Shown one piece after another: positions 14,421 through 50,123 of a stretch of 64,000 nt of DNA. The notes below the pieces were generated by a model that worked only from the letters and a program-made list of their open reading frames with translations, made no database searches and was not told where the DNA came from. Location of the stretch: positions 7,626,001-7,690,000 of the forward strand of contig CM035353.1 in the NCBI GenBank assembly GCA_020137815.1, in the 5' to 3' direction. Origin of the DNA: Hormiphora californensis (taxonomy: Eukaryota > Animalia > Ctenophora). Every line of letters begins with the position of its first letter. Position 1 is the first letter of the stretch. The position numbers and the translations under genes are program-made.

Positions 14421-15910
14421 TCTCCCTTTTTCTTTCTCTCTGAAAAAAAGATTTGAAAAGTCATAACCGTCCGACAGAAACAGTGAATAAGGGGACAAAA
14501 AGTGGTGGGTGATTGTAAGGAACTAGACACGGAGAGACATTGACAATGCTCAATTATCGGTCAATTAAAAGACAGACTAAAGGCTGATTGACAAACATTG
14601 TACATATTTTGTTAAGTTAAGTTGTTTCCAATAAATTAGTTTAAATTCTGATCCACTTTGTTCTAATTATTTTAATTATTTTTTCCAAAATTATTTGATC
14701 AACCTTTGATCGGGACCTCGGTCTTGGTGTGTCAGGGGTTCGTGTGTAAAGATGCTATTTTTGTACACCCATATCGTCGTAAAAGGCAGCAAGTCAGTTT
14801 TGGGGTAGAACGCAGTAAGTCAAGCCCTCTAAAAAATTTTCGTTTGACTTACTGCCTTTTACGCGTCTGTGTGAAATTTTGCTGACTTACTGCGTTTTAC
14901 GAAACAACTAGCAAAAAAGCTTGTTATGCTTGTAGCTCGTTCAGTTTTCAAGATCTGAGTATGAGACTCAGCTTATCTGAAAGAGCTTCAAATTCTGAAG
15001 AAGAAGGTACCAATATCTCAATTTTCGTAAAAATTGACTTAGTGCCTTCTACAATAAAACGGCAGTATACGCAATGACGATGGAGCTAATATCGACCTTA
15101 CCAGGATTATTTACCCAGATCCAGAGATGGGTGGTATGTGAGTGCCACTCATCAGTTTTTAGGAGCTATCTTCTGGGCAATATTAAAACTGTGCGAGTTT
15201 ATCATGCATTGACATTTAGCTCGGTTATTTCATGGCGTGTGATACAGCAGTTTTATTTAGTTCCATGGCGCTAAACTTAAAGTGTAAGCGATGCGACATG
15301 CCCTTACCCCTTCTCGAGGGATAGAGAATTGAAAAGACACCAAACATTCATTCATCAGATGAAGGATTAGTACAATCAGTACAAACAACAAAGTGGAAAG
15401 ATTTGCAACTCTCACGGAGAAGCATCTTCTGTAACACCAAAACTCTAATTTTTCACTACGAATAAAGATACAGTTTTGCTGAACGAAAAACATATTTACT
15501 ACCATCAGATACAGACTCAGTTGCATGTACACTAAACTAAAAATTGTAAACTCAGGACTCCTGAAAGGCTCCGGGCTATTTGAACTAATGAACCAGCTGA
15601 AAATGAGCTAATCCGGAGCAGGAAACATTCTATCCAATGTGATACGAATTACATCAGCCTCACATCTATAAGTAAAAGTGATCCTTGCTTGTGGTACTGA
15701 TAGAGATGAAACAGGATTCTGGAAACAAGACCAATCCCAAGAGAAGTTCCCGTGTCTATATACAGGACACGTAATATGTAACATAATAACGGTAAATAAT
15801 AGTAAAACTATTTATTGAGAATATTGTGTAGCTACAACCATTCACATCAACACCTCACTTCTCCACCCGTCCACCACATATCTCACATAACTCCATCACC
15901 GCCTTCACCA

Positions 15911-16215
15911 ATGGAATTCATCCAGTTGAACTGTAACAGGAGAACAGAGGCTTTAATTGGCTTTAACCTAGACCAAGACACCTTCTACCTTCTCCAAGAA
16001 CCATTAACCACAACTAATGGGATTAAGGTCACCCTACATCAAGCAGCGATATTTCAAGACCAGAATCTATCCCGGAGAGTAAGGTCCTGTATTGCGCTGT
16101 AGAGAAGCAACTCCATTACCAAAAATGCCTCCTTGATGTCCACCTTTACTAACGAGGACATGACAACGATTAGATACAAGAAGGTTATCTTATAAATCGT
16201 TGTATATGCCTTTAT
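15911..16215 (+). pseudogene. Non-LTR retrotransposon APE endonuclease N-terminal fragment
   Basis: MEFIQLNCNR...FYLLQEP...RVRSCIAL*...STFTNEDMTTI matches the QxN, LQEP and RxxI motifs of LINE AP endonucleases. It has in-frame stops. Confidence 0.65.
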
Positions 16216-17966
16216 ATATTTAATCACTACACTACTAGAGCATTGTTGAAGGTCCCGTGTATATATAATATATATACAGGACACGTAATAATAACATAAT
16301 AACGGTACATAATAATAGAAAGATAATTATTTGAGACAGAGATAAGACATTGAAATTTCTCACGTTGCTACGTCTCCCATTTCATAGCAATTGCAAAGAA
16401 ATGGGATATGAAGCTAGCAATGTTATGTCAAATATACCGGAAAAGATTGGGGAACGCGGGAAACTAAAAAGAGCACATGTCTGGCGTGATGCGCACACCA
16501 CGCACTCACAAAACAGAGAACATGTCCGCGCGTTACTGCAGGTATTGCCGCTAATGTGCGACAACATTTGTGACACTATCGAAATGTACAACGGAAGCAT
16601 GCCGGATTTAAATTGAACACAAAAAAAGTTCTGTGACCAAATCGATGAAAACTTCAAAACTCTTGCAAAACAGAACAAGGTATAGTAAGGTTTATATTTC
16701 CTAGCATCAGATGTTAGGCAGGAAAATCGGGGGGAAATCGGTTCAGAAAGAACCCACAGTCGGGCAAAAATCATAACGACTCGCCCTATATCAGGGTACT
16801 GAAATGCAATAGAAATAAGAATCTAAAATTATGCAAAGCATGCGTCCAATATAGAGAGGACGGGATAGAATGTAAAACTGATAACCTGTTAGCGGTACAT
16901 ATTATATGGCTAATATTTGGTGTATACAAACGCTGATATTGTTAATTGATTGCAGATACGCAAGACACTGTCAATGGGACACCATTACCAACTCCCGGGG
17001 GGAGTGCAACTAAAAGTTTGATAGATGCCACTAACACTTCCTAACACCCAGTGAGACGTTAGGAGAATGGGTCTTCATCATGTATATAGACCTGACATCA
17101 ATTCAGACGACATCAACGGCATGGTGGGTACAACCGAGGAAGAATGGATCTGATTATTATAAGATTACGTTCAACATTTAAAGGAAAGGAGCAAAGAAGC
17201 CTAAACAAAAAGCTGAACATGGAGAAACTCAACTAAGAATTGGAAGACAATCCAAAATACGGAACATCATAAATGATAAAATATTGATTTTGAATTAGCA
17301 TTGATTTTGAATTCCAATGAGTAATTAAAAAGGAACGCAACACGAGGAACATCCCCGGAACATCTAGCAAAACGTTGCAAGTAACAAGTCAGCCGACTCT
17401 GCAGAACAAGTAGAGGCTACAATTATATCGTGCTGGACTATTACACAGCAAGATATCAGTGAAAACAGTACTGCCACAACTGGGCAATTCGATAACACAT
17501 CCTATTCTGCAATCTGAGGAGGTTTCGACTTACATCCAGCCGCTTTAAGGACTTGACTGGACTGGCGGAGAACGCACCATATATGCATCACGATTATTTT
17601 CAGATAAAGAACACTAAGAATTAGGTCGGACCTAAAGTCGGATTCATACACGATGACTTAGAACTGCAGCCGGATTGCCTGTGGAAGGTCCTGAATCTAA
17701 CTAACAGTTATACGATGAGAGTGGAAGCGATCCCAAGACTAATCGAGAGTAAAAAGAGAGTGACGAGGAATTTTATAAGTAGAAAAATAGCCATGACACA
17801 AATTTTAATTACCAAATTAACTTCTTAGCGAGACACTTTGAGAATGCAATTAATCAATTGTTGTACTCGACACGTACACAATTGTTTTTAAGACCTTGTT
17901 GTTTCTTTTTTACATTATATTTCAATTATTATTTATTACTTCTGTTAAATTGGAGCTCAAATCTTG

Positions 17967-19112
17967 GGCAGGTCGGTAGAACTTCGACAGAATTTAGGGT
18001 AGGTCAATTTAGGGTAGGTCTGAATTTAGGGTAGGTCTGAATTTAGGGTAGGTCTGAATTTAGGGTAGGTCCGTAAAGTATCGTTTATCAAAGCATTGCA
18101 ATTCGACATTAGGTTCTGATTAGGTCGCTGAACCGCGTCTCGTATCAACTCATTTCAATTCGATCTTAGAGACCGATTAGGACCCTGAACCACGTCCCGT
18201 ATCTCGTATCAACTCACTGAAATTCGAGGTTAGACACAAATTAGGTCCCTGAACCGCGTCCCGTATCTCATATAAACTCATTTCAATTCGATCTAACAAG
18301 GGTGCTTGTAGTGAGAATACAGTATCGGTTCAACACGGTATCAGTAAAAAACGGTAAGACGAGACCAATCAGAGCGCCAGATTGACAACACGTGACACCG
18401 AAATATATATGTATTTCAAATACATATGTATTTCAGAAACCGTAATGGTCAAATACCGTATTATTCAGACACCGTATTCCCACTACAAGCAGCACTGTTA
18501 GTCACCGATTAGGTCGCTGAACCACGTCCCGTATCTCGTATCAACTCATTGAAATTCGAGGTTAGACACAAAACAAACGAATTGTTTTTTTTGCAACTCA
18601 GGATGGAACTAGTCTACGTGCATAAACTAATAAGTGAACAGTCAAACAGTCCTAATTTCATTTGATGCAATGCCAATACGGAACACAGTCTACCGACCTA
18701 ACTCAGTTCACCTACTTTAAGTAGTACTTAGTCTCGGTGACTAAGATGGAATTGCAATGAGTTGATACGAGATACGAGACGCGGTTCACGGACCTAATTT
18801 GTGTCTAACCTCGAATTTCAATGAGTTGATACGAGATACGGGACGTGGTTCAGCGACCTAATCGGTGACTAAGATCGAATTGAAATGAGTTGATACGAGA
18901 TACGGGACGCGGTTCAGCGACCTAATCAGAATCTAATGTCGAATTGCAATGCTTTAATAAACGATACGTTACGGACCTACCCTAAATTCAGACCTACCCT
19001 AAATGCAGACCTACCCTAAATTCAGACCTACCCTAAATTCAGACCTACCCTAAATTCAGACCTACCCTAAATTGACCTACCCTAAATTCTGTCGAAGTTC
19101 TACCGACCTGCC
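17967..19112. mobile_element. Non-autonomous foldback DNA transposon, Merlin-like (GG termini, 8-bp TSD)
   Basis: TIRs GGCAGGTCGGTAGAACTTCGACAGAATTTAGGGTAGGTC and its inverse. Subterminal tandem AATTTAGGGTAGGTCTG units and ~60-bp internal repeats. Flanks are AAATCTTG (17959-66) and AAATATTG (19113-20). Confidence 0.85.
18297..18497. mobile_element. Nested 201-bp MITE, PIF/Harbinger-like
   Basis: Inverted ends TGCTTGTAGTGAGAATAC and GTATTCCCACTACAAGCA. It interrupts the host repeat CGATC-TTA-GTCACC and is flanked by TAA and TTA. Confidence 0.7.
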
Positions 19113-20917
19113 AAATATTGAAACGAGTAGTTGTTTTAGCTCATAGATGGAATCGAGAGTTAAGTGTGTCAACTATCAATTAATTAAAAATAGGCATGAA
19201 CTGAGAGGGCTCGATGTGTTGATCAAAAATTGATTAGGTTTTTTTTTAACTTACTGAAATTAATTCCAATAATATTGGCAATATCAATTATTTACTATTT
19301 GTATATACTACTTTTAGGGTGGCGTCTATCTCGACATGCATGCTGCCGTTGTGAATGCCGACCCCGCCTCGAGGAACAATCGTATCTTCTTTCTTCCCAC
19401 CCAATACCTCAGACCACTGACCGTACATACACTTCCTTTCAGCTCCGATCTGCTACCCGAAACATCATCAAATCTCTCACCCCAGACTACGATAGTCAAT
19501 CCTACCATATCGATCATTCGATCTCTGGCGAGCTGCTGGTTTCAGAGAGGCCCTTATCAGTTAAACTACACCATGCTATGCGCTTGCCCAACCAGTGCAC
19601 GACAGTGTCATCCTCAACATAATGTGTTTTTATATGATCAGTTATTTTTTCAATATTACAATTGTTTCAGTAAAATATCCATATACCTACACCCCTTCCA
19701 CCTACATTTAACCGGACCCCCTGGTATCCGAAATAACACCTCCATTTCCCTCTAATCTCTAATATGATAGCTATTAAATGACAAAGAGATCATGAAATTA
19801 TGACAGAAAAAGAACCGCGACCAAACAGCACTATACCACTCAAACAGGATCAAATTTTAGGGATCTCATATTTAAGATGTAGGGTTCATAAGTGGTATAA
19901 CACCTGCCTTTAGCCTTACAAACATGAACGGCGATATCTCGACACTCGACAGGTATTTCAAACAAACGAACCCAAACAGGAAATCAAAAACTTCCCGGTC
20001 TTCAACAGTTAACCTCGTTCTTTCTTGCTTCCTTTTGAGGCGCACGCTTGTTCGTTTTCAAATATCCCACTGTAGTGTCTAGCATGACTATCATGGACCA
20101 TGCTAATGACACAGATCCAGCCGTCTTTGCTGCTGTACTCTCTTAGCTGAAAGAGGATGCCAGAACACCGGTAAACAACGAGATACAATGTTGGAAACTG
20201 AACTGATAGTAATATAATCATTTATATATACCACTTTATAGTGTAAAATAATGGAGATACCATCTCTACAGATTATTACCTTATTAATCAATCATATGCT
20301 AATGACCCCGTAAAAGGGAGACGTGTGATTGAAATCGAGAAAGGCTTGTTCTCACGGACCATGAGGTTAACATGATCAGCAACAAGAAAACAAGCAAGAA
20401 AATAAAATTCGAGTAATATTAATCAACCCTACACAACCCACTATTACTATATTTGGGAACATATTGCCTAGCTCGAACTCGCAAGCTTCGCAAATGTAAA
20501 AGAAGAGTTAGAACATAACAGGGAACATCAAGGCCCAGGGGTGGGCAAAGTTAAAATATGGGTTGCTTCCATTGCTAACAATTCACCGATTTCGGCGGTC
20601 GAGCAGGGACGGCGCTCGTGGGTGTCTGGGTGTCCGCGGACACCCAGACCAAAAAGACGGAGAAAGAAAAGAAGGAAAAAAAATCAGAAAACCGAGTTGG
20701 CAAACGTTGCTGGCCCCCAGGATAAGGCAGCGCTTTTCAAAAAACCGAGAAGAATTCAAAAAAATTGATGAAAACTCATATCAAAACTGCGAAATTTTGG
20801 ATTTGCGCGGCAGAGCATAAAGAGGGTTCTTCCGCGCGCCACAGTGCATTTTGACAGGGTTCACCAAAAAAATTGCGCGTGCGCGCAGAGGATTTTTTTT
20901 TCTCGTGATCAGAAAAC

Positions 20918-21448
20918 GGGCGCGATTATAATCTGGGTGCCTTGCAGCGGCCAGCGTTAAAATCTGGGTGTTTTGGGAGTGCTGACAAACGGTTTTTTAG
21001 GGTTAGGGCTAAAGTAGGGTTAGGGTTAGGGTTGGGGTTGGGGTTGGGGTTAGGCCTTGACATTCTCTACCAGATAAACTTTGAATCAGCCAAAACGGTT
21101 GAGTGGTTTGGCGGTTAGAGCCATTTTAGTGAATCAACTTTTTTGGCAGCGCGCACCTGTAAACAGGCCTCCAAACACCCAGATCGTAACGGCGCCCCCT
21201 TGCAGCCTGTTTACAGGTGCGCGCTACCAAAAGAGTACACTTAGACCGACTTTTTTCAGACGGCTATAGCCATGGAACCACATGGCCGATTTGAGTAAAC
21301 TAAACGGTATCAGTTAGAGAATCGATAGCCCTAACTGATAACCCCAAACCAAACCCTAACCAGACCCTAACGGATAGCCCTAACCCGTCGCGCGCGCCAA
21401 AACTACGAATTGTTAGCAATGAAAGGCACCCAGATTTTAACGTTTTCC
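20918..21448. mobile_element. Non-autonomous MULE-like element with telomere-like subterminal repeats
   Basis: 9-bp TSD TCAGAAAAC (20909-17 and 21449-57). TIR core AATCTGGGTGCC / GGCACCCAGATT. TTAGGG-like runs at 20996-21053 and CCCTAA-like runs at 21329-21385. Confidence 0.8.
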
Positions 21449-21738
21449 TCAGAAAACTTTCACCGTTTTTTCGGATTGGTGTTTTTTCGGATTGGTGTTT
21501 TTTCGGATTGCTGTTTAAAAATGCCAGAAATTGGGGGGGGGGGGGGGCTTGTAACCCCTGGACCCTGTCTGCGGGGGCTCTGCCCCCTACGCCCCTGGAC
21601 CCTGCTTGTGGGGGGTTTCACCTCCCTGACCGAAGCTACCGCCCCTGGCCACGGACACCCAGGGACTTGCTGGGCCGAAGGCCCAGCGCCGTCCCTGCGC
21701 TCGAGAAAAAAATCCAAAAAATAGCACGGCCTACTACA

Positions 21739-21895
21739 CTAAAGTCCATTTTTATTCAACTGTTCACCCCCCAACTCGTGCGCGTGCGATATTTTAATTT
21801 ACGCTGCGCGCGCTACACGTTAACATGTGATAGACGCGCAAAAAAATTCCGCGCACGACTTTGGGGGGTGAACAGTTGAAAAAAATGGAGTATAG
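21739..21895. mobile_element. Small palindromic MITE
   Basis: TCCATTTTTATTCAACTGTTCACCCCCCAA and its inverse TTGGGGGGTGAACAGTTGAAAAAAATGGA. Confidence 0.75.
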
Positions 21896-22774
21896 CCCTC
21901 GAGATAATTACCTGGTAGCCCTTCTCACCAAGGGAAAGTAGGTTCATTTAGGCCATCTCACTGTTTTTTTACGCGGAAGCCCTGCTGAGTGCGTTGTATG
22001 ACTTGTGAATTGTACATACTAAAACTTTTTTGTAATCTTGTAATCTACTGCAGTCCCTTTCAAATAAAGGAAATTAACGAGTTGTCTGTAAATAAAACCA
22101 TGTCAGTGCGGTATATAAACTGTAATTATGTATATGTTTATGTTTATTGAATCTAAACTAAAAACTTACACCACCCTCTAAAAAGATAGAGCTCTGGCGT
22201 TTTAATTCTGAGCTTCTCTCTGTTTTGGGCGTTTATCTCTATCCCCTACAACCCTGCCGGGGTGATCGTAGCGAATCGAATGTTGCAGCCCTGCGAAGGG
22301 CCATAGAGAATTGTTCTCCGATTTGGGGATCTGGGCTGAGACTGTTGGAGAATGTGAGACACTGAGACTGAGAAAGACTGAGAAAGACTGAGAAAGACTG
22401 AGAAGTGAGAGAGACTGGGCGAGACTTGCACTGAGAGAGGCTCAGATAGGCCAATGGATGTCCGTAGTGATGCAAAAAGTGGCCGACAAAGCTACAGAGA
22501 TGTCAAATTAGGTCCAAAGATTATTGCCTCTACCATGGCCCATAATCTTTGGTTCCAGAATATTTAGGAACAGAACCATGATATGTATGAATTGTTTTAT
22601 CCAATTTAGTTCATCGGCACTACGATGGTTTACCTATTACGTGGTTATATTTTTAATATTTTATTAATTAACCAATTATATAACTAATTGTCATGGTATG
22701 GCTACTAGTACCTGCAGATGTATAATCACACCCCGTGTAATGTAATTGCAATCCCCAGTGTAGGATGATCTTTG

Positions 22775-22788
22775 GTTGCCAGGGTAAC
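22775..22788. promoter_or_regulatory. RFX X-box motif just upstream of the ninein start
   Basis: GTTGCCAGGGTAAC fits the GTNRCCNNRGYAAC consensus and lies ~30 bp 5' of the predicted ATG of a centrosomal gene. Confidence 0.5.
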
Positions 22789-22816
22789 TACAGTAAGGGA
22801 AGCTGAGCTACACAAC

Positions 22817-46024
<23,208 letters not shown>

Positions 46025-46588
46025 AATCCGAATGATTTTGACTGTTGACATAATGTCGTAGAACTAGACTAGATCAGAACGTCTAGACTCTAGTTGATAA
46101 ACGAACTTTGTATGTACAAGTCTGTGTACATAATCAATGATTTTAAGTTATTTTATACGATTTTATCCATGGTTATTAATTATTATCCTATATACTTAAT
46201 AACACCAAGAATGCTTTAGAACCATTTATAGTCATAAATTGGTTTTGTATAAAAAGTATTGAAAATGAAATGTACAGATGATTTCTACCGTCGTTTAACT
46301 AGTAGAAAACAGTTGTAAATAGTTTTAATTTTTATACTATTTGAAAAAACATATGGACTTTAGTTTTTGCTAAAACATCTCACTTCATAGAGCTTGAAAC
46401 TCCGAACCTAACGCGCGCGAATTATTTGCGCGTACCAATTTTATCTCAGCTTCGCGCGCGCTCAGTTTATTCAACTCTCCAAATAAAAATCCTGGCCAGG
46501 TCTCGCGAGATTTTTTAAACTTGGATTTTTAAATTCCGCTTTCATTTTCCGGATGCTGGAATTTCGGTCGCGTCCCTTTGCGTGCCTA

Positions 46589-48152
46589 CAGGGTGTCCCA
46601 TATATTCTGTGGGTCGGTTGGCGAGCTGTCACGCAAAAACGGTGATAGTTGTGTGAAAACAAACTACGGGAGTGTGCTGGATTAATTCCTTCCTAACCGA
46701 TTGCTTTGTTTTAAATTAAAATTTCAAAAGTTCATTTTTCATGAATGAACATTGCTGCCGTTCATTCATGAATTCTGAAATATTGTTTACTTTGAGTGAG
46801 TAACTTTTCTTTGGCTCGCAATTATCTTTCGAATGAGCACCATAAAAGTCAAATTGAAGCACCAGGTCACATGACAGTTGAGAAAATGAACATGCATGAT
46901 TTTGGCTCTTTCTGCGACTTTCAATCAGCTGTATCACCGCTACCTTATCTTCAATCTTTTTGAAACTTTGGGTGAACATTGGTTAAGCAAAGATCTTTCC
47001 TCACAAGAAAAATCAAGGTCATAACTCAAAGTTCATTTTTCAATTTTGGTATTTCATTCCACTCATTCAGGAACCAACATCCCTAAAATGATGAAAAGTG
47101 TTGGGTTTTGTTTGGCCCATGTCCTGCAATGACAGAGAGGTGTAGTAACGTGTTTCCGAGTTAGTTAGTGGGCGCCATGTGATCATGGCGATATCTGACA
47201 CCTTCGTTGAGCAATAATCAAGAGATTTTCTCTAATTCAAGCATGTGATTCGGGATTTCTACGATTGGTATCATGCAGCAATGTGAAGAGATCTCATAGC
47301 ACCTCAAAAATGATGATTAGTTCAATGAATTAAGTTGATTTATGATCGAAAATGGTCGTTTAGTTCAGTGTGGCATCGTGTTTTAATCTTTTTGATCATA
47401 AAACAACTTAATTCATTGAACTAATCATCATTTTTGAGGTGCTATGAGATCTCTTCACATTGCTGCATGATACCAATCGCAGAAATCCCGAATCACATGC
47501 TTGAATTAGAGAAAATCTCTTGATTATTGCTCAACGAAGGTGTCAGATATCGCCATGATCACATGGCGCCCACTAACTAACTCGGAAACACGTTACTACA
47601 CCTCTCTGTCATTGCAAGACATGGGCCAAACAAAACCCAACACTTTTCATCATTTTAGGGATGTTGGTTCCTGAATGAGTGGAATGAAATACCAAAATTG
47701 AAAAATGAACTTTGAGTTATGACCTTGATTTTTCTTGTGAGGAAAGATCTTTGCTTAACCAATGTTCACCCAAAGTTTCAAAAAGATTGAAGATAAGGTA
47801 GCGGTGATACAGCTGATTGAAAGTCGCAGAAAGAGCCAAAATCATGCATGTTCATTTTCTCAACTGTCATGTGACCTGGTGCTTCAATTTGACTTTTATG
47901 GTGCTCATTCGAAAGATAATTGCGAGCCAAAGAAAAGTTACTCACTCAAAGTAAACAATATTTCAGAATTCATGAATGAACGGCAACAATGTTCATTCAT
48001 GAAAAATGAACTTTTGAAATTTTAATTTAAAACAAAGCAATCGGTTAGGAAGGAATTAATCCAGCACACTCCCGTAGTTTGTTTTCACACAACTATCACC
48101 GTTTTTGCGTGGCAGCTCGCCAACCGACCCATAGAATATATGGGACACCCTG
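46589..48152. mobile_element. 1564-bp near-perfect palindromic Tc1/mariner-type non-autonomous element, copy A
   Basis: TA-CAGGGTGTCCCATATATTCT...AGAATATATGGGACACCCTG-TA. Arms of ~755 bp around a ~50-bp spacer. Confidence 0.92.
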
Positions 48153-48727
48153 TATATTCTAAAACAGAGCTTTATTGACTATTTCTGTGTTACATACCCA
48201 TCAGAGGGGTATCCAACCATTATTTGACTTCTGAGGTAGAATTCTTAGAGTTTTAAAGTTTAATCTCCTGAGTCCTGACACCGCTTTCGAAGGATGGTAG
48301 GAGTGCTCTGGCGCTTATAGAGTAACTTTGTATGACGTTTATCACTCTTACTATTTTAGTCACAAAGCGGGATGTTAAATGTACATTTTGATTGATTGAT
48401 TGACACTCAGTGCCAGCTGAACTGAATACTGATGCTGTTCACAGCTCGTGAAGGCTTTTATATTGGCGGTAGGCGTACAATATACGCCAATTACTGCCAA
48501 TATATCCATGCCTTGTAAGCTTTTTCGTTAAATCTAGTACATAGTGTGCAACTGCATTTTCCACTTTTAATATTTTCACTATTTTCAGAGCTAGCTCAAT
48601 GTGTTCTTGGCCTTACTCAGCACATGCTAAGGTTCAAGTATCACACCCGCACACCCATCCCCCGAGCCACTTTTAATCAACCCGCTATTCATCCACTTCT
48701 CCCCTGACCCCGTTCTCTCCCCTGCAG

Positions 48728-48787
48728 GATCTGTGCTCTCTCAACTAACAAATCGCAATTACCCAGGTAGTAGGTTGTGGTAAGTAT
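48728..48787 (+). promoter_or_regulatory. Non-coding leader exon ending in a U1-complementary 5' splice site that overlaps the U1-70K ATG
   Basis: Acceptor CTGAC..TTCTCTCCCCTGCAG at 48727. No ATG in 48728-48779. G|GTAAGTAT occupies 48779-48787. Confidence 0.65.
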
Positions 48788-49993
48788 GACCCAATTTTTA
48801 CCAGCAAATCTGCTGGCCCTTTTTGCACCGCGGGACCCCCTTCCCTATCTGCCCCCGCCGGCACCCCGCCACAACAACGAGGAGTCAACACTTACTGGAG
48901 TCGGTATGTATACTAGCCTGTTTGAGGATCCTGCGGACACCCCTGAGCCGGTAAAACAACCCACCAAGGCAGAAAGGAGAGAGGAGAAGCGACAGGAGAA
49001 AATAGAGCGTCACACCCTTATTGTAGAGAGAGGTATTGCCCGGTGGGACCCACATAGTGACCCCAATGCCACAGGTGATGCCTTCAAGACGGTGTTTGTG
49101 TCTCGTATTAACTACGACACTAGGGAGGAGAAACTACGACGAGAGTTTGAGGAGTACGGGTATATTCGCCGTATCCACATGGTTACTAACAAAATGGACG
49201 ACAAGCCCCGGGGGTATGCGTTTATTGAGTACGAGACTGAGAAGGGAATGAGAGGGGCCTTTAAGTATGGGGATGGAAGAAGATCGATGGAAGAAGGGTC
49301 GTTGTTGATATTGAGAGAGGGAGGACAGTGAAAAATTGGAAACCCAGGAGGCTAGGAGGTGGTCTTGGTGGGTCCAGGATCGGACCGCCAGAGGTCAACA
49401 TCACACATTCCGGAAGGGTAGATCCCAAACAATACAAGGAGAAACTGGAAAAGGCAGAAGCTTTGCGCATTAAGTCACTCAACCCTGATCCTGAAGATGA
49501 AGATGGAGAAGGAGAGAGGTCACCCTCGCGAGAAAGGTCGGAGAAGAGACGAGATGATGATGATCGGGGTCGTCGTGATGACCGGAGGATGGTGAGGAAC
49601 GATAATGATTCCAGATCCAGAGGGAGAAGTGACGACAGGAAGAGAGATGATAGGGATGAAAGGAGGGGGAGGGATGACGGACGGCGGGATGACAGAGGCA
49701 GGCGTGACGATGATAGGGGGCGACGAGACGATGATAGAGGACGGAGAGATGATGACAGGGGGAGGCGAGATGACCGGGACGATGATCGTAGGAGGAGGGA
49801 TAGAGATGATTCTGATCGGTACGGAGACAGGAAGAGAGATAGGCGGGGTGGTGATGACGATCGAGAGAGGGATAGGAAGAGGAGGGATAGGGGAGAAGAG
49901 AGGTCAGAGGATAAAAGTAAAGATTATGATGGACTGAAAGTTAAATCAGATGAAACAGGTGCCCCTGACCAGGTTGAAATCAAAGCTGAATGA
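48786..49993 (+). CDS. SNRNP70: U1 snRNP 70 kDa protein (intronless; apparent 1-nt deletion near 49278)
   Basis: [25 protein letters not shown]-terminus, [30 protein letters not shown]1 RGYAFIEY. After the frameshift it continues [31 protein letters not shown] into an RD-rich tail. Confidence 0.95.
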
Positions 49994-50123
49994 ACTGTCT
50001 GACGTATTTTTAACATCTACCTCTCTCTTACAAAATCCCAGTTATATCAATCTCGTGTCCACGTGTGTAACATGTCTTATTTTATGATACAATATATTTA
50101 CTGCATCGTGTTTCTATGTGGTA

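Larger units (their letters stand above)
4967..15065. mobile_element. ~10.1 kb DNA transposon-like element with long composite TIRs (CTGCC...GGCAG; possibly Sola-like)
   Basis: 4967-5003 is the inverse of ~15030-15065. About 5050-5480 is a near-perfect inverse of ~14430-14900. TATA flanks both ends (4963-4966, 15066-15069). The superfamily call is tentative. Confidence 0.7.

Noticed and set aside
7500-14530. Numerous P/G/F/K-rich ORFs and the GC-rich island at 11850-12070
   Set aside because: These are products of homopolymer-inflated low-quality sequence with no domain signal.
20996-21053. Interstitial telomere or chromosome fusion site
   Set aside because: The run is short and degenerate and lies inside a TSD-flanked transposon.
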